From: Sphaeroforma arctica JP610
Taxonomy: Eukaryota
Direction of reading: 5' to 3'
NCBI RefSeq assembly: GCF_001186125.1
Contig: NW_014040523.1
Span: forward strand, 1-54,347
DNA: 54,347 nt
The first letter of the stretch is position 1. The number at the start of each line of letters is the position of its first letter. The position numbers and the translations under genes are program-made. The notes under the pieces were generated by a model that saw only the letters and a program-made list of their open reading frames with translations, ran no database searches and was not told where the DNA came from. This document shows positions 1 to 11,410 of the stretch, piece after piece.

Positions 1-75
1 ATGTGTGTGTATTTGTGTATACGTATATGTATATATATATATATAGACATATATATATATATATATAGGTGTAGT

Positions 76-110
<35 letters not shown>

Positions 111-212
111 TATATATATATATATACATATATACATTATATACATATATATATACTTATATCTATATAAATATATATGTATATATATGTATGTATTTAA
201 GTATATATAAGT
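1..212. repeat. (TA)n-rich microsatellite
   Basis: Nearly pure TA/TATG dinucleotide run; the 1..210 ORF is an artefact of it. Confidence 0.95.
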
Positions 213-1057
213 AAATAATATATTCAAGGCGTGGTTAGTAACTGGATAACAATCAACCCTTTTATAGCCGCTGCTTATCGTATACCATTGTTGTATTGAA
301 GAATCAGACCATTCGGCGAATGTAAGCGCCGATTCCATGGGTTTGTTCTGCAAGCTGCGATAGCTAACATATATTTATGCGAATATTAACACAAAAACAC
401 AGCGTCGTAGTAAATTAAACGGATCCGCTGCGATTAAGGCTCAAAAGACACTCTTAGACCTGCCCATCTGACAAACAGATATAGATGTCTTTTAGGGCAC
501 TTGAATCTCTGCTCTTTTTCGCACACAGGCTTGGGCGCCTCGGTCATATTACTCCAGGACACATCAGTGAGGAAGCCACTGTGGTATAATCGACGGGTTT
601 CTCTATCCGTTCTACAGCTCCTTGTACTGTTAGTGGCCCTGTTAGCTATCGCTGTGAATTTTTATCTAACCCTGAATGAACAAAACACACTGCTAAAGGC
701 CTGCCTCCACATTTGTCCACACGAGGCACGCGTGTCAAAAGCATAGCAGGGACTATAAATGCTCGGTATATTTTATCAGAAACTTGAAAAAACTTCGCAA
801 GTGTAGGGTTGTATAGCCTTTTATGACCGACGGTTCGTGAATCAACCGCTCTTACTATATTATACGCCTGTGTATAATAAAACGCTCTCACTGTATTATA
901 CGCCTGTGTATTACGAGCTCGAGTCTTAGAGGTTCCAAGGTCATCCAGCCTCATTTCGGTATCAAAGGCATTTCCCCGATCGATGCCCACTCGAGCTCTC
1001 TTTTCAAAACGTCGCCTGTCGCTTATAAATATTACATGTATTTCTCCCAATAGTTTA

Positions 1058-2308
1058 TCACGCCGTTTGTATCTTGTGTAGTTCTTGCATCGTCAGCATA
1101 TCTTGGAACGCGCTGAGGTTTTCGTACATGTCTGTATCTTCTATCTCGAACGAAGGAATGGTCTTCAAGGACGGTTTGTGCGAGAAAGTGGGATGAAGAA
1201 CAGTTGCGGTCGAAGATGGGTTGTTTAGCAAATCAGGTGCAGTGCTATAATGGCGGAGTGCAGGTTTTGCCAAGAATGTATGCTGCTTTGACTGATGGCT
1301 CTTCCCGTAAATTAAGCTTTGTATACTACCATAGTTGTACTCTTCACTGACTGGCTGGTGGTACACCCACAGCATTGGATTGAGAAAGTTCATGCCCATA
1401 TCATTCTGGCCGTGCCTTGGTCCAGAAGAAGTATGTGAATCTGAGACAAATGACTGGGACGACGAGCTGTATCCCGAGTCCCTGCCGCTTTCACTACTAG
1501 ACAGATCAGATCTAGAACTTCCAGGAGACAATTTCAGCGCCTCCGGTCCTACGCTTTCATCATCATTTGAGTGAGGTGAGACCATAGTACGTGGGGAAAC
1601 TTGACCGTCCAAAACATTACTTTCAGATTTGCTGCCGTGTAAATTTCGTATGGAAATGCTTCCAAGAGATAGCTTAGAAGCAGCGTGCCGTAAACTAGTA
1701 ATGCTTATACTATCACTCAATTTCCATTCCTTCTTGTCGCTACTTCTCGCCCTCAGATTCCTTGCGTTTGACACACTACCAGTAATCTTTGCCAGACGCA
1801 GTGGCACTGTATCTAACACGGCTAAGCCTTTTCTATTTTCATGGCCTCTATGCTCGCGCCATAAGCGATAGAATTCTTCTGCCGAACTGAAGGATTCGGG
1901 ATGACTTGTAAAATCTTCTAGCTTTCGCTGAGACAATCGCTCAGTACCTAAATGATCTTTGTTGTAAATACACGTTATTGGGCACGTACTGTCTATGGGT
2001 ACCTCAATCTGACGAGTCACCTTCGCACCCTTGAATTGTATATATGTGGTTGCAGTTTTTTTATACGCGCCACTAGATAATACATCATAGACTGCGCATC
2101 GTACGTATGCAAAGTCACGACGTTTTTTATCGTATATCATATTCGCAACCTCAAGGGGTTCGAATTGATTTGTGAATAACAATTCAGCTTTGAACTGTGT
2201 ATTTATCACAACGGCAGAATATTAATATAGCGAGCGACAACAGTAGATAAATAATTATTTCACAATTATTCCATGGCTCCGTGCTCTATGCATCGATACA
2301 CCGTTCAT
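1058..2308 (-). CDS. Uncharacterised host protein: ordered N-terminal ~140 aa followed by a Ser-rich low-complexity region; probably spliced
   Basis: Uninterrupted 383-codon frame at 1058-2209 with no TE motifs. A 3' acceptor (tacacAG|TTC AAA GCT) lies at 2195/2194. A possible 15-codon first exon at 2264-2308 (ATG AAC GGT...ATT|GTGAAA) would join in phase 0, but that exon is speculative. Confidence 0.55.
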
Positions 2309-2857
2309 ATTTATTTATTTTAAAACAAGCATGTTCAACTGTTCATTTGACTGAACATACATTTAATATTTGTTTTATCAAAATCAAAAAAAAAAATAGA
2401 AAATGTTCCATATCCGGCTTCCGCAACCACATGCATTCGAGATATCAGATTACAGATAGCAACACTATACCACGAGGGGAGCCAATCAATTCGAATGTAT
2501 GTCCCAAAACATTGCAACGATTCTAATTTCATTTCAGCGTTGTCTGATTCCTCACATTTCTGCTGGTTAAATTTGGATTACTCATAAAGGTTTTATTCAA
2601 GAGTATTTTTTAAGGAATAAAAAAGGTAACCCAATTACCAGCATGTATTGTGTCCCTTTTGTGATTATCGCTTGAGTTTGTGAGCATGTTTTTATTCTTA
2701 TTTGATTGGTCTAAAATGCGCGATAGGGAATATTATTCAATGTATCTAAAACAAGGTTAAACTCGCTGTGGCCATCTCAACTCTGAAACTCTCGACGTCA
2801 GTCGTCAGAAAACACAAGACATGTGTTGAGTTTGACATCACACACAGAGGGCAGGGG

Positions 2858-2912
2858 GAAGCCGGAAGCCGGAAGCCGGAAGCCGGAAGGTCGGATTCTC
2901 AGAAGGCGGAAG
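2858..2912. repeat. (GCCGGAA)n heptamer tandem repeat
   Basis: gccggaa four times in tandem from 2861, plus a degenerate copy near 2905. Confidence 0.85.
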
Positions 2913-3356
2913 CTTATTATTGACCTGGTTGGGGTCCTGGTTACCTGGTCATGAGTAATTTAACCATTACTACTATTTACTATGTATTTTAGTTAAAAAA
3001 AATTTAAAACAACATACTACTAAATACACACTATGTTTTTAGTACAGGATTTTTTTTAAAGTATACCACAACGGACTAAAAGTCCGGATAGTATTATAAA
3101 TATATATAAATAACTGGTTCTGTTCGGTTCGCACTCTTTTTAACATTTTTTTTTTAACTTCTTGTTAAAAAAAAGCAAATAAACCGTGTCCCGAAAGTAC
3201 AAAAACAAGCATGACATGGCCGAAACTGTGGCAGTTGGGATTCTTCACTCTCTTGGACTCTTCTTGGGCGTATTTTTTGAGTATTTTTTTGTTGTTGTTT
3301 GTTTTCTACTTTAGTCTTTTTTTCATGTTTTAGTTATAAAAACAAACTAAAAAACG

Positions 3357-3490
3357 TTGGGCCGTTGGCAGATGGTACTTGGCAGTGGCACTTGGCCGTT
3401 GGCACTTGGCACTTGGAAGTTGGAGCCTTGTTGGAGGCCTTGGCATTTGGTACTTGGCACTTGGCGCTTAGCACTTGGCACTTGGCCCTC
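3357..3490. repeat. Degenerate (TTGGCAC)n heptamer array
   Basis: Many ttggcac/ttggtac/ttggcc units; these generate the WHLA/KCQV pseudo-ORFs. Confidence 0.85.
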
Positions 3491-3784
3491 TCTTGTTGAG
3501 TCTTGGGGCTGGGCCCGTCGGGTGCTGCCTGCCCGGAATCTGGGACTCTGGGCCCCTGGGCCTGGGGCCTTGAGCAGTTTGCACTTCGAACTTTGAAGGC
3601 GCAAATTTTGCAGTAGCCTCCATTGTCCATTCTCCATCCTCCATAGCTTCCTGAACTACAATGTTTTTTTAAAACAGATAAATTTTTTTTAAATCAATTC
3701 TTCATAATAAATGCAGTATATCTATATAAATAGAATAAAAAATAACAGTTGTATTTGTTGAAAGAAAAATACAAATGACTATAT

Positions 3785-4068
3785 GCCAGAGACTCGAATA
3801 CTCTCAGAGTCCACTGGTCCAGACTCCATACTCCAGAGAGCCCGAACCATGAGAAGTGAGAGCCGAGAACTGAGAAGGCAGACTGGTGGCAGACTGGTAG
3901 GCCTGAGGCTGCAGAGGCCCAGACTCCAGACTCCAGGAGTCCAGAGGCCAGAGGCTAGACCCCCAGAGTCCCAGACTGGCAGAATTGTTTTATTTCAACA
4001 AAAACAAAATTTTCTAAGTTATTTTTTTATCAATATCCAGGCCTCCAGCCCTCCAGGAGTCCAGGCAC
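3785..4068. repeat. Degenerate (CCAGACT/CCAGAG)-type repeat array
   Basis: Repeated ccagact, ccagag and ctccaggagtccag motifs. Confidence 0.7.
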
Positions 4069-4589
4069 ATTATTTATATATTTTTTTTAATAATAGTATA
4101 TTTTCTTTGAGACGTTCGGTATAAGCAGTTGGACTCCTTGCAACTTGTCCCTGACCGTCATACACAAGGGCCCTGACTCATAACATCATTGCGTCACAGA
4201 AAAACAATGAGACATCTATCGAGTTGACAACCTTAGTGGCTATTTGATTGGTTGAAAGGCTTTTGACCGATTTGAATATATGTTTTTTTTTCCTTTTTTT
4301 TCTGGCGTCTTCTGGCAGGCCTAGACTGAGTGTTCTTGTGTTTTATTTTTTAATAAAAAGGCTGTGTGTTCCAGATTAAAAACATACGTCATATTTTGCG
4401 TTTTACAGTGAGAATTTATATTGTTCGGTCCTATCTAGTTCTAAACTCGTTTATAAAAACTTGTTCAATTACGGTAATCATGGTTGTAGGCTTGTAGCTT
4501 CGTGTATATTTAAAAGCTCAAAGCTATGCGCGTACTGGGCTTGTGATACAGAACCCAAACGTCTTTGTTGCTATGACTGCATGCCTATG

Positions 4590-5512
4590 CATAATGGCCA
4601 GCACAAACCCACTCACCCCTCTGACACAACCCGCCTGGGCCCACGACAAACCATCACTGCGCATCCCGTACAGTATCTATGCCCACCTGAAAAATGTATA
4701 CACAACCACGGAAGGGCGTACATCCGACCATAAAGCTCTGCGCCGACGATGTGACGATATCAGGAAAAACTAAACAAAATGCTGGTCCAACAAGAAGATC
4801 GCGGTAATAGCCCGGCCCCAATACTACTACCAACTGGTCATGGGTAACCCGCCAACCTTAAATCGGGGCAAAGCAAGACATAACAGCTTCAACCGCTGCT
4901 TCGAGCCTATACCAATCCGACTCTGTGCTATGAGTTGGAACATATACTTGCTTAACGAAGTAACTTTATTGTCATATTACATATTGGCTATATAGTATAA
5001 TAGTATAGTAATTGCCATGTGCCTTTTTTGGGATATTATTACAATTATTCTGCTAAAATATAAACCGTAATATATTTTAGACTTATAGGGTTTGAGGGTT
5101 TGAGTCTTATAAATTCGTCTCAACACTATGATTGTAAAAAACACGTACATGTTCACATTGCTCGACTGCCGCACCGACGGCTGTCTCTGCCCTGTCTGCC
5201 CTGTCTGTCGGCCACAAATTCACCACCAGCCACTTTGCGAATCATGGTAGGTCGGAAACTGTCTCCCATTGGCTCTGACCTCCTCCAGCAACTACAGAAG
5301 CACCACGACTTCCACGGTATCTGGACTCTCCACGAACACCTTGGATCCTTTCTCCAGCATGTAGAGCAACCTCCGTACCCACACCCATTTCTGACATATC
5401 AACAGATGTTTGTTCTCCATTTCCCGGCTAATCACGCTGTTGAAGTACTACTTTCAAATTTCGGTCTAAACCAAGTCATCGCGCCCCTTGGGTTTGCCTA
5501 TGATACTTCCAA
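4590..5512 (+). mobile_element. Non-LTR retrotransposon fragment (C-terminal ORF region), same family as 7319-10610, split by a Copia solo LTR
   Basis: Translates MASTNPLTPLTQPAWAHDKPSLRIPYSIYAHLK...IRLCAM|IV..TYMFTLLD...HDFHGIW...AYDTSN, collinear with the reverse complement of ~7745-8485. Contains stops and frameshifts. Confidence 0.92.
4933..5125 (-). mobile_element. Copia solo LTR (193 bp) with 5-bp TSD CTATG
   Basis: CTATG at 4928-4932 and 5126-5130; the uninterrupted LINE copy near 8145 has a single CTATG. The left ~60 bp match the Copia 5' LTR end at 31195-31255. Minus-strand termini are TGTTGAG...CCAAC(T). Confidence 0.93.
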
Positions 5513-5557
5513 TCAGCGTGTAAACAAATAAAGAAGCGTGTAAACAAATAAAGATAC

Positions 5558-5905
5558 CTAAAATATAAACCGTAATATGTTTTAGGCTTATAGGGTTTTA
5601 GGGTTTGAGTCTTATAAATTCGTCTCAATACTCTCCTGAATTTGGAAGTGAAAGGACAGTGTGTATACATAGTTGTATATCTTTTTGCAGGGTATACTAC
5701 TGGGGTAGTGTCAGCAACATGTGGACTTGCTCTCCTCAGACTGCATTGAGGCTGGAATAATTGTAAGATGAAGATAAAAAAAGGGGGTGTCGTTGCAAAT
5801 GGCTGGAGTATAAGTGGGCGATGGCAGCGAATTTGAAGTAGTGGAAGTTGTGGGGCGACATCTGGGGCTGAAGGCGTCGGCGCGAGCTTGAACTGGGAGG
5901 ACGAC
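5558..5905 (-). mobile_element. Copia 3' remnant: partial 3' LTR, polypurine tract and internal sequence
   Basis: 5558-5630 repeats 5053-5125. The adjacent ctctcctgaa (minus TTCAGGAGAG, PPT-like) is also present at 16122 at the 3' end of Copia A. Confidence 0.7.
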
Positions 5906-6599
5906 ATATAAGAGGTTTTGCCCTTTTTAATAAGGCTACATTATGTGTCCTTCGCAAGCAAGGATATACACTGTTGTGTATGCGTTGTACCTTCACTAAC
6001 CATGGCAACTCGCGGTGATCAAGTTCTTTTTTTTTGTTAAAGAGTATATGTAACAACACTATATCTGCCACAAAATAATGAGCCGGTGTTGTTCCTGTAA
6101 CCAGATCGGCACACTCGTTCATTTGTGTTTATACCCCCTTAAGGTGGTACGGCTAATCATCAGCATCATCCGTTAATGCGTACATGACTGATATACTCTG
6201 TCAACTAAAGTTGCCAGCTTAAGGTGCGCAATCCCTTTTCGCTTAGCATCTTTAAGTGTGTCTACTACGTTCTGGTGCTTTAGCTTATGGTTATGCGTCA
6301 GTCAAACAAGGATATTTTTATCATTCTGCTCTTCCAGCATATAGGGTGTTGAGCATCCACTTGCGTGATCTCTAAGTCTGTGTAGTGTTTCCAGACTCTT
6401 GTCTTTCTTTTGTATGAGTGTCATGTGTGCGTTCATGTGCGTTTGATATACTTGACTTGTTTAATAGTCGCATTATATTTGCATATACTTCGGGAATATC
6501 TTTCATTAATTCCTTTAGAAACCTTTGAACTGCTTAACGTTCAATCTAGTGGAGAGTGGAATCTCCGATTCTTTGACCTTGTTAAGGAAGATCTCAGAA

Positions 6600-7030
6600 G
6601 GGGTCCATTTGGTTGTTCCAATGGGACCTATACGACATATTATAGTATGTCTCCAGGGCGTCTTCTGCACGGCTCGAGTACCCTAATATAGGAAAGTATC
6701 TACTTCCCTATCTAAATATATTGGCTCACATTGTATCATGCTTATTAATTTACTGAGCCATGGATCTTTGCTCCGTAATGGGCAACACAACATAATGGTA
6801 GCTTTGTGTATATGAACATAATTTAATATATGGGCAATTACCTGCCATGGTGGATTTGCCCACGCATTATGTTTGGAGAAATCTAGTTGAAAGGCATCTC
6901 TTAAAGGATGATTTAAAGTCCTATAATTATTTAGTTGTGCATTATGATGTGCAGCAAACATGTCAAATGTATGTGGCCTAAATATTTTTTGAGCCAATTC
7001 AAACCACCTGGGATTACATTTCCAGTCAGT
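6600..7030 (-). pseudogene. Dam-like DNA N6-adenine methyltransferase domain of Gypsy A pol
   Basis: DWKCNPRWFELAQKIFRPHTFDMFAAHHNAQL..Y...DAFQLDFSKHNAWANPPWQVI...LCCP...PW. NPPW at 6845-6856; directly downstream of and in frame with the RNase H end; one premature stop at 6683-6685. Confidence 0.85.
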
Positions 7031-7318
7031 GGCTAGTAACTCACGTACGGATTTATTAAAGTCCGGTACGAAGCGTGATAAAATATCCGGTAAGTGGTTA
7101 TGTATCCCTGGTAGATGTTAGATATCAAAATGAAACTTTGATGTCGTATCATGCCATCGACTCAGTAATTGTGTAGGAATACGGCCTCCGGTCAGTCTAA
7201 AATATCATGATCAAATGAGATAGCACATTGGTGTTTATTAGTATTTAAAATAATTTAATATAAGTTCCTTTTCCAATATTTCCAAAGAGTTCTGAATTCA
7301 CTTTGGTGGCTCCAATAG

Positions 7319-10300
7319 GGATAATATTATTTATTTCAAAGGAGTTAAGTTACAATGTTTGTACATATGGTATGGCTCTCATAGCCGTTGTAGTGGTTTG
7401 GGGAAGATCGATGGGAAGAAGTGGTCAGTAAATTCCCTGTTGAAGCTTGGACCAAGTGAGTCGACAATGGAGGATATGCGCTGGGTCAATTCAGGCCGGT
7501 GCTGACAAAAAAAACTGACACCATCGAGTGTGTCACGTATTCGCTTTCTGACCTACTAAATAGTGTACCCACCTCTGTGGTTCGGATCGGGTCTTTATCG
7601 TGTAGTGCTGTAGAATGGGTTAGTGCAGAGTACGAAAAGCCAAGTAGGACCAGGTTATCCGTCATAATTCGGTTGAGGAGCGAGGTTGGGGGTGAACCGA
7701 TGCCGCACCAGACCACGGATGCACTCGGTATGTGCTGGTTTGCCTGTATTGGAAGTATCATAGGCGGAACCAACAGGCGCGATGAATTGGTTTGGGCCGA
7801 AATTTGGAAGTAGTACTTCAACAGCGTGACTAGCCGGGGTATAGGAAACATCTGTTGATATGTCAGAGACGGGTGTGGGTACAGGGGTTGTTCTACATGC
7901 TGGAAAAAAATCCAAGGTGTTCGTGGAGGATCCAGATACCATGGAAGTCATGGCGCTCCTGTATTTGCTGGAGAAGATCAGGGCCAATGAGATGCAGTTC
8001 TAGGCCTACCAGGATGCATTGGATCAGTTGCTGGATGCAGGCAAAGTGGCTGGTGGTGAATTTTTGGCCACCGGGGCAGACAAGGAGAGACAGCCGTCAG
8101 TGCGGTAGTCGAGCAATGTGAACATGTACGTATTCCTTACAATCATAGCACAGAGCCGGATTGGTGTAGGCTCGAAGCAGAGGTTGAAGCTGTCGTGTCT
8201 GGCTTTGTCCCGATCTGAAGTTGGCGGTTTGTCCATGACCAATTGGTAGTAGTATTGACGCCGGGCCATAGCCGCGATCTCCTTGTTGGACCAGCGTTTC
8301 GTTGAATTCTTTCTAATGTCGTCACATCGTTGGCGGAGGGCTACATGGTCTGGTGTACGCCCGTCCATGGTTTTGTATACAGTCTTCAAGTGGGCATAGA
8401 TACTGTACGGGAAGCGCAGTGAGGGTTTGTCGTGGGCCCAAGCGGGTTGCGTCAGAAGGGTGAGTGGGTTTGTGCTGGCCATTGAGTCGAGTTGCATTCC
8501 CAGACAACCTCCGAGGTAGTCCGCGAATGCTTGCGTGGGGAGCAGACCACAAAAATGGAGTAAGTTGGTTTGATGTTTGGGAAACCTAGGGTATTTGGTG
8601 CCCGTGATGATGGCTGCTGCTCGAATGAGTGCTGAGTTATAGCGCTCAAACAAGGGGTCCATCGCATCCTTCCATATAGATGGAGCCCAGGCAATAATGT
8701 TCAGGCCATATGTAGCCGTGGATAAGATGAATGTTTTGAACAACACCAGCCTGTTGCGGGGGTGTCGCCAGCTGAAGCCATGGAAACCATAAGCGCGGAA
8801 GGAGGCGATACCCAGAGACAATACTGTAACCAGAGATTCCATATGTCTGGCGAGATTTATCCCTGGTATTCCGTGGGAGAGTGGGAACCCCAGGTATTTG
8901 GAGAGTTTAGGGTTGACATGTGTGGGAGCCATCTTCAGGGGTAAATGGCATGTGTTCCAAGGGGCATCTGCAAGCGTCGGCGTGATAAGCTCACCATTTA
9001 TACGGAGGGTTGGCGCCGCGTGTCGCAAGTTGGTAGATCGTACTCGGGGTTTGATGACACCCTGTTTGAGGCCAGATTTGCGTCCCCAAGCATCAATGTC
9101 GTCTAAAAAGGGCTGGAGCGGAACCGGTTGGGGGGCTTGGATCCGTGTGTCGTCGACAAATAAATAAAAGCGGAGGAGCTTGGGCCGGAATTTTGCTAGT
9201 GTGACAGCCAAAGAATCCATGTAGATAATAAAGAGCTGGGGGCCAACGATTGAGCCTTGTAGGATGCCATTTGTTCTATGAAATAGATCCAAGAGCATGC
9301 CGCGGTATGTCACTCGAGTAGAGACCCTCTCAAATAGCGCACGGAGGCAGTTGATCCAGTTTTCGGGCATTCCAGCGTGGCGCAAGAGTACCCACAGGCG
9401 CGGGAGAGCAACCTTGTCGTATGCCTTGAGAATGTCCAGACAGACGTCGTTCCACTCCTCTTCCGACTGTGTCTCAGATCCCATGGCGGCGAGTGCTTGG
9501 GTATGGCAGGAGTATCGTGATTTGAAGCCAGCTTGAGTTGCGTTGGTAGCAGAGCCGGGGTGGCTAGTAATCAGCTTGAGGAAACACTTCTCAAATATGC
9601 GTCTGACTTTTTGCGTTAGCGTGATAGGGCGGAAGTCGGCGGGGGAGGTGATATCTGTATCGGCCTTTTTTGGGTGCGCTGTCAGGAGAGTGCAGTTCAG
9701 GGCGGTAGGGAAGGTACCCGCCTTTAGTAGCTCAGTGAATGCTTCGGCAAGGAGTCTAATCAGTGGGCTATTGGTGTTCGGGCGTCCTAGTGTCCTGTGT
9801 TCGGTGGAACGCTCTACTGCGGCCTTCAGAAGGAGGATGTGGATTCCGTCAGGGCCAGGCCCCTTATTGGGATAGCGTAGTATAGCCTTCATTACATCGT
9901 CTGGGCGTACGGCGGGAGTTACATCTGGCGAGGGTTCGGTATCCGGTGGAACAACGTACGGATTCGTGGAGCTGAATAGGTCCTCAAAATAGCCAGTGAG
10001 AGTGGCGCCTGTGTCGTCGGCACCCGGTATGTAGGGTTGGCGTGGAGATCGTCGTTGGTACGCAATATCTTGGAACATTTGGGTATTGCTTTGGGCGGTC
10101 AGACGTGGGCGGAACGAGTGGTTTGGTACCCAAGGTTTATTTATGTCGTAGTAGAATCCCCCAAAGATTTGTGGGTTAGCGGCATAGCGCCAGATGCGGT
10201 CGAGAATCCGTTGCAAGCCTTCCGCTGGACCAAGCAAGGTGAGATACGGCCGTAGTAGGTTCTGATACACCCGGATTTCGGCTTGGAATAGTCGTGCGCG

Positions 10301-10610
10301 GGATTTGTTGCGTAAGTGATAAAGTCGATGGCGATATCGGTTATATCCATGAGAGGGAAGGCGTTGGTCCGGAGGCGGCGGCATTGTTGGCATTTGTTGG
10401 AGCCGATGGATGTATTCCGTTGTAAGTACCTGGAGATCAAGCCCAAAGGTGTGGTCACCATAGATGCTGTAGTCCGTCAGCTTATAGGTCTGGAGGGAGG
10501 CGGAAGTCGAGGGCCGGTGATACGCATGTTCTGTACCAGTTGAGCCGCCAGCATAGAGATAGTCCAAGTGCCACGTGTTATTTAGGGTAGCTAAAACCCT
10601 ATAAAAAAAA
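7319..10610 (-). mobile_element. 5'-truncated non-LTR (LINE-like) retrotransposon with 9-bp TSD CTCCAATAG
   Basis: CTCCAATAG at 7310-7318 and 10611-10619; a single copy occurs in the intact LTR near 42230. Encodes the APE C-terminus, RT and a Cys/His knuckle, and has a ~340-nt 3' UTR. Confidence 0.93.
8024..10575 (-). CDS. Non-LTR ORF2-like protein: partial AP endonuclease plus reverse transcriptase
   Basis: HLDY...YGDH (APE C-terminal motifs), PGPDGI, FRPITL, QAGF, LDILKAYDKV, GILQGS, LFVDD, KYLG. A frameshift near 8085 hides a C-x-C...H-x-x-C knuckle, and coding likeness continues to ~7655. The ORF-track start at 10642 lies in the flanking LTR and is not the real start. Confidence 0.9.
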
Positions 10611-11410
10611 CTCCAATAGCCTGAGTATTTGGTATGACTCATATACTTGAACCTATTTGAGACGATAGTAGATGTAGGATATTATAGACTAAATCTTATA
10701 ATCTCTGAACTACTACTTACAGGTTTTGGTCTTCCCGCCAATCTCCAAAATCCAATAAGTCTTTTTCTTTTTTAACTTTTCTCCAGATGGAACTTTATTT
10801 ATATTAGCTAATGAATTAACTTGATTTACGTTCTTTGTCTATCTACAGATTAGACATGTGGTCAGGAACACTGTACTTCTAGTGAAAATTATTCAACAAA
10901 GAACACCTACAGGTACGTCCTGTGTGATCGAGGATATTAAGGCTCTTACCAAGAGGCAGTCCCGATTATTCTTACACAAGCTACCACTGCTAAATCCTAA
11001 CTGACTTAAATTGTAACTTAGTTTATAGAACATAGTTCAAAACATAGAAATATCTATCGAAGTTTACAATTGAGTGTCTGGCTTCATCTCCTTTATTTAT
11101 TAAAGGGACTTCTGGTCACACATCAGCGTAAAAGCTGACCCGTATAAGTAATCCGGAAGTGTGTTAAGGCTGCTACTATGGTTAGTAGCTCTTTCTTCAC
11201 TGTTGGATAATTCAACTGCGATGCATTCATTGCTCGGCTAACGAATTGTATATACCTAGGTTTACTATCTATAACCTAGTATAGTACGCTTCCGAGTGCT
11301 AATTCTGATGTGTCCGTTGCTATTTCAAAAGGCACGCCATTGACTGGTCCTAGTACAACAGGGGCTTGTTGGACTGCGCGCTTGAACGCTTTAAGTGTGT
11401 CATCACACTC

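Larger units (their letters stand above)
7172..11068 (+). mobile_element. Solo LTR of the Gypsy C family (7172-7318 plus 10611-11068), 4-bp TSD ATTG, split by a LINE
   Basis: Termini TGTAGG...TTTACA; ATTG at 7168-7171 and 11069-11072; sequence matches the reverse complement of 41780-42374; removing it restores Gypsy A RNase H (PDTQ|LLSRWHD). Confidence 0.93.

Noticed and set aside
845..912. ~36-bp tandem duplication inside ORF 646-1050
   Set aside because: Simple local duplication, probably in 3' non-coding sequence; the ORF has no support.
3299..3637. Overlapping repetitive ORFs (WHLA/KCQV)
   Set aside because: Products of a heptamer array that leaves frames open on both strands.
5085..5102. 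Telomere-like TAGGGTTT motifs (also ~5590)
   Set aside because: Only two imperfect units, and they are part of the Copia LTR.
6600..7030. Interpreting the MTase segments as bacterial/phage contamination or nested DIRS insertions
   Set aside because: They are in frame with retroelement pol, at the same position in four Gypsy elements, with no TSDs or DIRS flanking sequence.
10576..10642. N-terminus (MSHTKYSGYWSFF) of the 872-aa RT ORF as a real start
   Set aside because: The ATG lies in the antisense strand of the flanking solo LTR, beyond the TSD; this is chance read-through across the insertion junction.
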